A DNA stretch of 64,000 nt from the NCBI RefSeq assembly GCF_018350175.1, contig NC_058373.1:100318001-100382000 (forward strand), in the 5' to 3' direction. The notes under the pieces are model-generated. The model was not told the origin of the DNA, did not search any database, and saw only the letters and a program-made list of their open reading frames with translations. Below are positions 10,916-22,442 of this stretch, one piece after another. Source of the DNA: Felis catus. Its lineage: Eukaryota. The first letter of the stretch is position 1. Each line of letters starts with the position of its first letter. The position numbers and the translations under genes are program-made.

Positions 10916-13900
10916 TAGAGGAGGGAAAATGTGGCAGAGATCACTGTAACAAAATTTATTCTTATTTAATTTGTTTTCTGTTTAATTTCAATGGGACTGT
11001 GCCTGCTATTTGGGGAATCAACACAATGAAGTCACGCTGGGGAAGGTGTGTCTGAGAAGAAATTACAAAAGGGTTCTTGCCCTTGCAGTGAACTCTTCTG
11101 CCTCAGGTTTAAAAAACTGTATCTCCATGAGACCCTCTACAAATCCCTAACCTAAAACTCAAAGAACAATAGCACAGATGATCCTGAAATCTTGTTTTCT
11201 TGTTTGTTTGTTTTTTGAATTTGTATTATTTGTTTCTTTTGAGGACACCTGTCTCTGGGATGTTTTGCTTGGGCTAGTATTTAAATTGGCTCCGTTTTCT
11301 ACTTCAAAACAGCTAGTGGTAGGGAGAGAAGTCTAAGATTTTTGGACCTAAAAATAGCAAAATAAATAATCCCCAGCTGGCTAATACAAAAAGCAAGCAT
11401 ATAACCATATTCAATCTCAGGCCTGAGGTACGTAAGATTCCCTCTGAGTTTCCTCCCTTAGCAACTTTCACCTCCATGTTTTCACATTGCTGAAGGCTAA
11501 TCCTTTTCTGTGTAGCTGGATTTCTCTCCCTCATTCATTAGAGGAATATTTCATAGGCCCTGGGAGGTAAGACTGAGCACTGCCCTTGTAGTTCTAGGGC
11601 TGGGAGATACTTGGAAGATAATAAGTAGCTTGTGGGGACCCAGGGACCTCCCCTGGAGGTCATGAGTATGGGCCTTGTCTGATGGGAAGGGCTCCACTGG
11701 TCTCTCTTTCTTGCTTTAAATAGTGTTGGTTATAGTGTTTGCTTGTTGGTGTCATTTTTCTTTAGAGGACCTAAATGGAATTTGCCAGAAGGAGCTGGCT
11801 TTAAAGCCTTAGTTGTGGTGAGAATGTTTCCAAATCCCTTACGGAAGTTTCTCTGAGCACCGCAATATATTTTGTTTCAGAAAAGCAGATTTAGGCACAT
11901 CTGCTCAGGGTCGAAGTTCTCCGCACACCCCTCACCGTGTTGCCGAGATTCCCACGCTTCAGCAGTCTTGCCGGATGGGGGTGACTTCTCTCCTTCCCTT
12001 CAGACCTCCCCTGAGGACGTGCTCACGTGCTCATGTCTGTTTCTGGCCCTCCCCATTCCTCATCCCCAAATGTAAGGAGCATCTTTTAAAATGGAAATTG
12101 GCCTTCCCATGGGTGTTCCATGACATCTTGTTTTTGGAAGCTTCAATATGTTAAACTCCTTTATCTTATACTTTTGTAAAACTTTTTTTGTTGCTTTCTC
12201 ATCTTTGTTCCTCCACTGCTTTTCAATAATATAAGAATTGATGCTAATTAAAGTTATAGCCGACCCTTCACACTTCTGTCTTTCCTCTAGATGATTTTCA
12301 GTAGCTTGCTTGTCTCCGTCACATTCTGGCTTCCCTGTCTGTACTTTTGAAACGGTTGGCTTAATTTAGCTTCACTTGAATAATTCAAACACATACTAAA
12401 TTACTTCACAGGATCTGTCTGTTTAAGTATTTTAATCAGTTGCTTTTTCTAAAAAAAAAAAAAAATCACTCCTTGAGGGACAAAATATTCAGGGATTAAA
12501 TATTTAAAAAAAGTTTAGCGATTAAGTATTTTCACAAATATTTACTGAGCACCTACTGCTTCCTCATGTTAGGATTGGCATTTTCTCACTGCCCTTCCAA
12601 CCCTCCTGCCTTCTTGCCCTCCCCCTGCACTTCTTTCCACATCCTTCAAGCCCCATCCGCTGTGGTCCCCGTCAGGCAGTTTTCTGGGGCTGCTCTGGCC
12701 CCCAGCGTTCTGTGACCCGTGAGCACTTATCACCTCCATTGCTCCCTTGGCAGTTAGTCACAAATGGCCATGTGGCACATACCAGACTTCTCATGTAAAT
12801 GTGCCATCTTGCATGATTATAAGAGTCTTTTCATCTCTGGGCCCTTAATATACTATTCTTCTTCTGAGTGCTCAAGATATTAGATTTATTAAACAGGTAG
12901 TAGCTCCTTGCCTTCTACTTCTCCATCTTCAGCTTTGGCAACGCACTTTGTTTTTCACCTCTCCAGAAACGTGTCTTCCTTTTTCTCAAAAGAATAGCCA
13001 ACCATGAATCAGCTTTACCTGCCTCACTGAGGAGCACATCTGAATGTGCAGATCTCAGAACAAAATGAACTGACTGGCCTCCCGGGATTTTTGACCTCTT
13101 ACTTAGAAACAGAACTCAATGAATTATGTGCCAAACAGTTATTATACACATCTCTCCCTCCCACCCCCTTTTAAAAATAGTTGCCTAACAGATTGCAAAA
13201 GACTATGCCCTGGGCTTTTATGGAGCACAGCCCTTAGCATAATTTCTTAGAATGTAAATCAAGGGCAAGGTTTATAATCAAATCTCGTAGGTTTAGAAGT
13301 CATTTTTTGTTTAGAGATCAACATGGTTTGATCTCAAGCAGTTCTTGGGACTAGAGGAAACAATGTTAATTCATGTTGTTTGCCTTAAAAAAAAAAAAAA
13401 GCAAACAAAACTAGAAGATCTTCATTCCACAGATTTGTCTTGACCAGTGACAATTAAAGAAAACATCTGTCCAGTTCCCTCTTTAAAGATCTTCATAGGA
13501 GGAATTCTGGGCATGTGTAGAGTCAAGTTGACACTGTAGACCTCCATCTACGGTACAGCAAGGTCTGGACAGGGCATCCCAAGGAACTCAGTTCCAGCTT
13601 CCCGCTAAGAGGAAGTAGAAAGTATTTGCTCTTCGTTATGTGGTTGCTTTCAACAAAATTTATGAGAAAGCAAAAGGAAGTTTCTAAACTCCCACCAGAT
13701 GCCAAATACTTGGAGCACTGAAATGAGACTAACGCCCAATCAAAAAAGAAAGATAACACATTTAGGACAAGACAGCAGGGCCTCTTTTGAGAATACCTGA
13801 AACTGAAGGTTTTGCAAAATTTATGTGAAGACATAGGCTGATTATAGAAAATTATTTCTTGAGTTGGAGATTTAGGAATAAAAGTCAAACCTGAGATGAC

Positions 13901-14659
13901 CTCAAAACAGGCTGTTTGCTGTCTATTCTGTGCTCTTGTTAAGTGGGTTTCTTTCCTGTTGAGGCTATTTTTGAAGAGCTAGCTTCCTTTTCCCCATCTT
14001 TGCTACAGATCAACTGGTCCTGTCCACCCCAGAACAAATGGTGGCTTTTCAAAATGTCCCCTAGTAGGAAAACATATATGTAGGTCTCGCTTAGTCCGTG
14101 ATACTGCATGCCTTTCCCTTTCTCACTGAAGCTGCCCTGAAATAACTTTCCTGATTTTTTCAGAAAAGCCTTCTGACCATTTTACCTACCTGTAATCACT
14201 CCTTATCTGGTACTTTCTGTATGAACCAGGGGCATTTTCAAAACAAACAAATCAAAATAGACTCCAGGCATTTTCGAGATTGTTCTGCTCTGTAGCAATG
14301 GTTCTTATCTACATTTCCCATCCCGTTGACTTCATGTTCATACATTTATAAGGCACTCTCAAATCATGAAAGCCTAATTTCTGGAGAATCAACATCTCAT
14401 TCAGAATTCCTCTCTCATAGAGTCAGCCTCTATAGAAGCGCTTTCTCAAGTACAGGGACGTCTTCTATACTAATCCAGGCAGTGAGAGAAGGTATCCGTA
14501 AGTTCCTTGGCTCCTCTGCTATGACCCAGATGGTTTAATATGATTTGGGTTGACATCTTCACAACTGCTTATGAGTAATGACACTGTCATGCGTATACTG
14601 ACCAGAGCCTTGAGCTTAAAGTTGATTATCTAGTTGAGCTGATAGATCTGTTCTTCTCT

Positions 14660-14818
14660 TCTTACCCAGGCCCTCTTGTGACTAACCCTGCACATTTACA
14701 GAATAATGGTGTGGCCTGTGAGCATGAAACAGAGCAAAGCCAGCTGGACCACAAGGGGACTGAACCCCTGACCCTGGGCTCATTAGCTCCATTCTTAAAC
14801 TAGGGCAGCCAAATAGCC
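14660..14818 (-). mobile_element. Ancient tRNA-Ile(AAT)-headed SINE relic (MamSINE1-like)
   Basis: 14745-14818 aligns ungapped to mammalian tRNA-Ile(AAT) as recalled (48/74 by hand), followed by GCTTTGCTCTGTT. Confidence 0.6.
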
Positions 14819-15051
14819 AATTAGCGATTCACTTGGCAGCAGGGGCCAGACTCATGTGCTGATCTAGTCCAGACCTAGGAAAGTACACCAAAAGCAGTGG
14901 CAGCTTTTCAGTGGTGAAGAGCAAGACCCCCGTATTCCCATTAGGTCACAGTGATTTTTCGTGTCACGCTGAACTTTAGAACCCACCAACAATCTATCTT
15001 TTAAAAATGCAGCTTTTACTCTCCAATACAAGAAGAAAATATTTGCCACTT

Positions 15052-15056
<5 letters not shown>

Positions 15057-15092
<36 letters not shown>
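15057..15092. repeat. (TG)n microsatellite
   Basis: Seen directly. Confidence 0.95.
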
Positions 15093-15095
<3 letters not shown>

Positions 15096-15099
15096 CAGT

Positions 15100-16560
15100 A
15101 CTCTTGCACATTTTTTCAACTTTAATCATACTGTGTATTCTGCAGCGAAACTTTTGGTTCAGCACTGGGTTGAGATTCATCCACGTTGTTTGTGTATCGG
15201 AACTTATTCACTGCTATTTTGATTCCATTTTACAGCTGTCTTAGAATTTATCCTACTCCAGGGGCGCCTGGGTGGCGCAGTCGGTTAAGCGTCCGACTTC
15301 AGCCAGGTCACGATCTCGAGGTCCGTGGGTTCGAGCCCCGTGTCGGGCTCTGGGCTGATGGCTCGGAGCCTGGAGCCTGTTTCCGATTCTGTGTCTCCCT
15401 CTCTCTCTGCCCCTCCCCCGTTCATGCTCTGTCTCTCTCTGTCCCAAAAATAAATAAACATTGAAAAAAAATTAAAAAAAAAAAAGAATTTATCCTACTC
15501 TGATGGACATTTGATTGTTTCCAGGGTTTTGTTATCATAAGTAGTTCTGCTATGCACTAATTCCTGTGCGTGTCTCCTGATATGTACATGCAAGACTTTC
15601 TCTCTAGGGTATGTACATACCTAGGATGGGATTGCAAGGTCATAGGATATACCTTTAATTTTATCAGATGATGTCAAAGTATTTCTGAAGTGTTTGGTTC
15701 CGATTTATACTCAAATCAACAATAAGTATTCTAGTGGTTCCACGTCCCAGCCAATACCAACCATTGTCAGACTTTGAAAATTTTGCTAATCCGGTACGTG
15801 TGAAACTACATTTTACATGTATTTAAAATTTGTATTTTTCTCCCATTTTCTAGAATACTAGTGAAATTGAACAGTTTTTATAGACTTGCCATTCAGTTTT
15901 CCTCTTTCAAGAAGTACCCATTCCAGTGTTTTGTCCCTTTTTCTTTTGGCTTCATCACTGAGCAGCCGTGTGTGTGTTTCTGTTCTAGATGGTAACCCTC
16001 TGTCCATTATGTGTTACAAATACCTTCTCCCAGTTTGATGTGCCTTTTTACATTTTATATCTTTACAGTTCTCATTTTGATACAGTTAGCCTGTACTTCT
16101 TGGTGCCTTGTTCATACACAAACTCTTTTCTCAGTGTCACATAAGTGTGCTCTCTACTGTCATCTTTCAAAAGTTTTACAGTTTTTCTTTGACATTTAAG
16201 TCTGCAGTTCATTTGGAATGGATTTGGACACTCTGTACACGTACGAGGTAGTGCTCCAAATTCCTTTGTTTCATAGAGATAATCAGCAGCACCATTCATG
16301 GGGAAGTCCTCCTATTTCATGCTGATCTGCAAGACTGGCTCTCAGAAAGCCGGTTTCCATACGTGTGCAAGTTTGTTGCTAGAGTCTCTGTTTGGACTGT
16401 GGTTATTTCATTCACCCCGGAGCCAACACTACACTGCGAGTCCAGTGTGATGTGACTTCTTGCCATCCGGTGAGGTTTGTCCCCTCTTCGCCTGTTGGTT
16501 GTTAGGAGTGTTTTGGCTACTGGCCCTTTGCTCTTCTGGATTAGAAGAAATGTGTCTTCC
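15100..16560 (-). mobile_element. Old L1M fragment interrupted by a SINE
   Basis: Motifs gagattcatccacgttg, gatggacatttgattgtttccag, tacctaggatgggattgc. Confidence 0.65.
15261..15484 (+). mobile_element. Young SINEC_Fc-type element
   Basis: TSD agaatttatcctactc. Confidence 0.95.
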
Positions 16561-17878
16561 GAATGTTCCTTCGAAGAGCTAACTGAATTTATAATTAGGC
16601 AAGGCAGACAGAAATAAGGTTTAAATGCTCTGCTCAGTAAACCTGAGAGTAAATGTGTTTACCTGAATTTTATTCTGGCCATAAAAATAAAATTCACAAA
16701 ATTTAGATTTGACATGAGAATTTGTGCTCATAAAAAGTGTTTTCTTTATCATTCAGTATCTACAAACCATATTAATACAGGTATGTTAAACTTGTTTGGT
16801 TGGTTGTGCTGTTTTTATCATAAATTTAATTAACATTGGACTTGGACCACTTCCCTGAGCAGTAATACAGATAATGCCTGGCCAATGAAGCCACATGAGA
16901 CTATAATTAGATTCCGTGAGATAATGGTCTCAAATTATTTTAAGTGCTTATATTTTTTAGCAATATGTAGGCCTGTGCCCAAATATCAAAAGGGAAACTC
17001 AACTAGGAGTTGAGCGTATGCGTACTGGTAACTGTTTAATAAAGGAATAGAGGATTTTCATGTACACATTCAGCCTGGGAAACTTTGTATTGTTTATTAA
17101 ATAAAGCAGAGAAAGCCAGAGAAGAATCAGCACAGTGGGAAATAAGGTCACCAGATAAGGCTTTTTTTGCTACTCTGTTTCCTGTTCTGGGTGGCTCTGC
17201 AGTCCACTCTGAGAATTTCATTCCTTTTACTCAGATTGAAAATTTCCCATTTCCTGTCACTCTCTACCACCTCCCCCATTCTTGAGCTGCCAAACCAAAG
17301 CCGTTCAAAGAGATGAAGACGCAGTTAATTTGTTGAAGAGCCCGGAGCTTTCGGTAAACAACTTCTTCCTGGATATTACTGTGTAGAGATGACTGGACCT
17401 TTATCAGCAAATTAAGAATTGACCGAATTATTATCGTACCACGTCTCTTAGGTCTGTGCCCACACGGCACAGCTCGTCCTTGCCACAGCAGTGCCGGAGA
17501 GCCGCAAAAAGAGGGAATGGCTGCAATAGCTGCACAAACGTTTGGGGAGGTGGGTGTGACAGGATTTTTTTTTTTTTTTTTTTTGGAACAAAGCAGAGCA
17601 TGGATGGCAGTTAGCAGCGTTATGCGTGCAGGAAAGGCTTCAGTAAGGATTAGTGATGATGCTGTCACAAAGGGCTGAATTCAGAAAGCCCTGTTCTCTT
17701 AGGAATTCTCAAAGCCGTGAAGATGTTACCACGTTTTAAGTGATTAGTCTAAAACCAGCAGCAGACCTTGTCAAAAGTCTATAGGGTAGAAACGGTTATG
17801 AAAGGTATGGGATAGGACTGTGTCTTAGAGGATCAGAACCAATTTTGCGTTACAAAACCTAACATTTCACTGGGAAAG

Positions 17879-17911
17879 TAGGTATAGTGTAGGTATAGTG
17901 TAGGTATAGTG
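17879..17911. repeat. 11-bp tandem repeat (TAGGTATAGTG) x3
   Basis: Seen directly. Confidence 0.9.
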
Positions 17912-18043
17912 TTGAGTACTTTAAACATTTGTCTTTAACTGTGTGTGGGATTTCTTCCAGATAAATTAAAGGTCAGAAACCCAGGTTGGTCTGATCCCAT
18001 CACATCAGCAACTGGTAATGAATTAAAAGCACCTTAATAAAGC

Positions 18044-18509
18044 TTTTTTTTTTTTTTTTTTTTGAAGTGTGGTTGACACACGATGCTGTCTTAGCTTCAG
18101 GTGTACAACACGGTGACTTGGCAAGTCTGTCCATTATGCTGTGCTCACCACAGTGTAGCTGCTGTCACCATGCAGTGCTGTTTCGGTACCACCGACTGTA
18201 GTCCCTATGCCACACCCTTTATCCTCGTGTCTCACTGCATAACTGGAAGCCTGTCTCTCCTACTCTCCTTCACTCATTTTGCCCATCCCTCACCCGCCTC
18301 CCCTCTGGCAGCCATCAGTTTGTTCTCTGTATTTATGGGTCTGTTTCTGCTTGTTTATTCATTTCCTTTGTTTTTTAGAGTCCATATGTGAGTGAAATCA
18401 TATGGTATTTGTCTTTCTCTGACTTCATTTAGCATTATACTCTGTAGGTCCGTCCATGCTGTCGCAAAAGCCAAGATGTCATCCCTTTTTATGGCTCAGT
18501 GATACTCCT

Positions 18510-18546
<37 letters not shown>

Positions 18547-18907
18547 TACTGCATGTCCCTCATCCATTCATCTATGGATGGACACTTTGGTTGCTTCCAC
18601 AGCTTGGCTATTGTAAGTAATAATGTATGCAATAAACATAAAGGTCAAAATTGTTTTAGAATATTGTTTTTATTTTCTTTGGGTAAGTACCCAGTAGTGG
18701 AATTACTGGATCATATGGGATTTCTATTTTAAAATTTTGGAGGAACCTCCATATGGTTTTCCACAGCAGCTGCGCTAGTTTGCATTCCCACCAATAATGC
18801 GCGAGAGTTCCTTTTTCTCCATATCCTCACCAACACTTGTTTCTTGTATTTTTGAATCTAGCCATTCTGACAAGTGTGAGGTGGTATCTCATTGTGGTTT
18901 TGATTTG
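18044..18907 (-). mobile_element. Carnivore LINE-1 3' end
   Basis: Poly(T) at 18044-18063; gtgagtgaaatcatatggtatttgtctttctctg; ORF2 end. Confidence 0.88.
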
Positions 18908-19085
18908 TAAAGTCTTTTAACATAAAAAAAAGAACAAAAACTATGTTAAACATAAAAACGTACAATTTGCCACAATGTTGCTTTTTTGTCTAAGAGCGGA
19001 ACCGCCAAGAGACTTTCCTTCTACAAAGTTTGTGTCTCTAGTTGGTGTCTCTGGTAATGTGTTAATTAATGCCCATCCTTTCATA

Positions 19086-19086
<1 letters not shown>

Positions 19087-19170
<84 letters not shown>
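19087..19170. repeat. (TG)n(TA)n compound microsatellite
   Basis: Seen directly. Confidence 0.95.
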
Positions 19171-19174
<4 letters not shown>

Positions 19175-21194
19175 CACCACATGTCCACTTTAAATACCTT
19201 ACAGTTCTGTCAGCTTTACCTTGGTAAAGCTGAAAAAACTAAGTTCATGTCTCTACATCCCTGACCTTTGAAGTTCAAGGTTATGTAAAAAATAATCTGT
19301 ACCAAGTTAAAATTACTGATTAACTACATCATCGGCAGGTCTCTAACTTGCTGATTTAGGAGAAATAGAGTTGGAAGAGAGCTTCGTAGTTCTCCTGTCC
19401 CCAGTGCCTTCATGTTTACATGAAACTGAGCCACACAGCAGAAACCTAAAACTATGTCTCTGGAAACCCTGGCCAGTGTTCTTTTCACGGACTGATGTCA
19501 TTTCTGTAGTGGGACTACTACCAATGGAGTTCCTCAAGATCTGTGAAGTGTTTACTGGGTAGGAAGGAAATCTGGGTCCCACTTCTAGCTCTGCCTTCGC
19601 ACTAATTAATTATAGCTGGGAGACTGTGAACAGGTCATTTGGCCTCTTATCTAGAAAATGAGGATGGGTTGTGTGATTCTTTAGAAGAGACTGTGTATAT
19701 GGAAGTATTTAGCATGTCTCCTCATGTGTAACTGGTGTGCAAGAACTGTTTGTTTCCTTCATACTGAATCATGCTGATGCTGTTAAGAATTCTAAGTTGT
19801 ATTAATTCCTTGATTTCCAAAATAGCCATCATTATATTCAATGAACAAGTATGTGTTAACTGATCCTAGGTAGAAACAATGAGGCTCAGACCCAGTCCTT
19901 AAGGGAGTAGCTTATTATTATGGGCAATAATAATGATGATTGCTCTTAAGTTCCAAAAAGGACCAAATTTAGTGGCTGTTCATGAGTAAGAAAATTTTTG
20001 GCTGCAAGGAAACTTAGAAGTGTTTATGGAAGAGAGAACCCTGGAGCTCTTTCTAAAATTTCTAAAACCCCAGAAAGATGGGATCTGAACAGGTGGGAGA
20101 CTGGAAGAAAGACTGTGGAACGTCATGGAGATGGGCGAGTGTAAAGTGTGTCCAGAGAACGTGGGCCACCCAATTTGGGATGAAGGCTGTTGGAAGATGA
20201 GAAAAATGCGGGCTGGGATAGAGACGATAGGAGACCTCTTAGCACCTGCCTGGGGACTTTGGCTGTTATACTATAATCAACCAAGGTCATCAGGGTGGCA
20301 TATAGCCAGTGCTGTGCTGGGACTCAATTAATGTCAAAATTGCCAGTATGGCAATTGGGGCAAAACCGAGAGACAGAAAAATCAGCCATCAGGAGAGAGG
20401 CTATTCTCACTTGTACAGAGGCCTTAAGACTCTGAGGGACTTGAGTATGCCTTCGTCTAAATCTACTTCAGGGCTTTTACCAAGTGACTATACAAGTTGG
20501 TGACCTGTATTTAAGATGAGAAAAGGAGATACATTATTTAAATGTTGTTTTAATGGGAAGAAGCCCTTATATTTGGAACAAGGATTGTTATGACCTGGCC
20601 TTAGAGTACAAAGAAAAGCCATGGAGAAGGTGATAGGAGCTTTGCTTCTAGAGGCCATGGCATCCTGGCAGGCCCAGGACAAAGACCTGAATTCAGGTGT
20701 CCACGATAGCAGTGACAAAAGATTGCCTGAGGGAAAAACCAACCAGACTTGGCCTGATTGAATGCAACAGATAAAGGGAAAAAGTCCAGGACTGAAGTTT
20801 TGCATCTGAATGATATAATTAGCATTAACACCAGGGAGCAGATTCATACATGTGAGTTGTGGTCTTTTAGACCAGGAGTTATTTTGCCGTTTAAAACAAA
20901 ATCTGCCCGAGGCAACAATGTCTGTTCATTTGTCATATTTCTGTTTATACAATCTAATATTTAAATATTATGCGGTTCATTTTTAAGTAGTAGAACAAAA
21001 AATGGGGTGGAAGAATCTATCCTAGAGATTAAGTATCAACTATCTGGTGATACTCTGGATACCAGCAAGTTGTTCTCCTAACACAAGATGTAGGCAAAGT
21101 TCTTCCCAAAGGCAAGAGTTCATTTCTACAGTTAATGCTATGGAAACAGTAAAAACACAAAGTACAAAAAGAAACATAAATAAAAGATCTTGCT

Positions 21195-21200
21195 TTTATT
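21195..21200 (-). terminator. Distal polyadenylation signal AATAAA of FERMT2
   Basis: Plus-strand TTTATT with a U/GU-rich downstream element at about 21150-21180. Confidence 0.8.
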
Positions 21201-22184
21201 TAAAATAAAATGCATTTATACAGTCTTTAAACCATGGATTATTGGACAATACTGGTAATCCACCCCTCCCGGCCCCCTCTTGGGTTATGTGACCTAGGAA
21301 TTTTTGACTATAGCACCAATGCCGACTGTAACAGCGCAAAAGACAAGAACATGGCCAGTCCAGGCATTAGAGTTAAGGACATTGTGGCAAATCATGACTA
21401 TAATGAAGTCATTCTTAATTTAGCAGATATGAAAACTGCACATTAATTATATTTTTAAAAGCATTTAATTAATGCAAAGATGCTACATCTAAGACATTTG
21501 CTAGTTGTGAGTTTTTTAAAAAACTGTACAATTTATAAAATTTGTGTTTGTACATTAGTTACACAAAATGCATACTTCATAGACCTTTACTTCATATTGT
21601 AATGCAAAAGTTGCATTATTTTAGGCAGACAGTGAATATGCTGGTGAATACTAAAAGTGTTGTAATACAACAGGGTGTGAAAGTCAAAACACAAGACAAT
21701 ATACATACATGCTTATTCAAGGACAAAAACAAACCAAGCATAAGGGACCGATAGCATTTTCCTTCAAGGTCAAACAATAACATTATTGAGTATCAGGCAT
21801 CCTCCACAGGCCTGATTTATTTGGGGATGGGGAATCAATAGCTACCAAAAAGTAGGCATTTTTAAAACACATGATCAAATTAAACATACATTAAAACACA
21901 TGCATTAAACATGATAAATAGACTTCATATAGTTTAAGCCCTGGATAGCTTTAAAGTAGATGGCTTGAGTTTCTTAGTTTGGCTAGCTTAAATCAGTGAT
22001 GTTTTGTTCCTGACTTGCCCACTACTTTCGTTTTCAATTCCTGGCCCTAAGGAATGTGTGCCATATTCATGTCCATATATTGTATCATGATAGCAGATTA
22101 ATAGTCGTGCTTGTTAGTGCACATATTAACTGGTCTGGTAAGGCAAAAAAGTTTTCATGATAAAATGATAAATTTCAAGCTTAC

Positions 22185-22190
22185 TTTATT
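22185..22190 (-). terminator. Candidate proximal polyadenylation signal AATAAA (~80 nt after the stop)
   Basis: Plus-strand TTTATT; U-rich sequence downstream on the minus strand. Confidence 0.45.
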
Positions 22191-22268
22191 AAGCAGCATA
22201 TAACAAACAACAGCTTTCAAAGTTAAATATTGTTATGGCCATGGAGTTTCATTACACAATATTTCTAT

Positions 22269-22442
22269 TCACACCCAGCCACTGGTAAGTTTGTAGAACA
22301 TCTCTTCATCTAAACTCTCATTTTGGTCTTTCGCACGCGTTGAGAGAAATATGTAGCCGCCAATGAATTCGTGAACCACTTTGCAATCTACTTCAGTACA
22401 TATGAAGGACAATCGTACTTCATCTGCAAACTCTACCGTGAC
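22269..22442 (-). CDS. FERMT2: FERMT2 exon 15 coding part (174 nt; [11 protein letters not shown]…KLTSGWV*)
   Basis: Acceptor gttccag|GTC; TGA at 22269-22271. Confidence 0.98.
   Translation of the reverse strand, partial: VTVEFADEVRLSFICTEVDCKVVHEFIGGYIFLSTRAKDQNESLDEEMFYKLTSGWV

Larger units (their letters stand above)
21178..22268 (-). other. FERMT2: FERMT2 3'UTR (~1.1 kb; end approximate)
   Basis: AU-rich, repeat-free sequence after the stop. AATAAA at 21195-21200 (minus) is followed by a U/GU-rich tract (TTTATGTTTCTTTTTGTACTTTGTGTTTT). Confidence 0.8.

Noticed and set aside
14745..14818. Functional tRNA-Ile gene
   Set aside because: About 35% diverged, with a damaged B box and broken stems; relic only.
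17400..17560. CpG-enriched patch as a promoter or CTCF site
   Set aside because: Too short for a CpG island and no convincing CTCF consensus match; cannot be supported from sequence alone.
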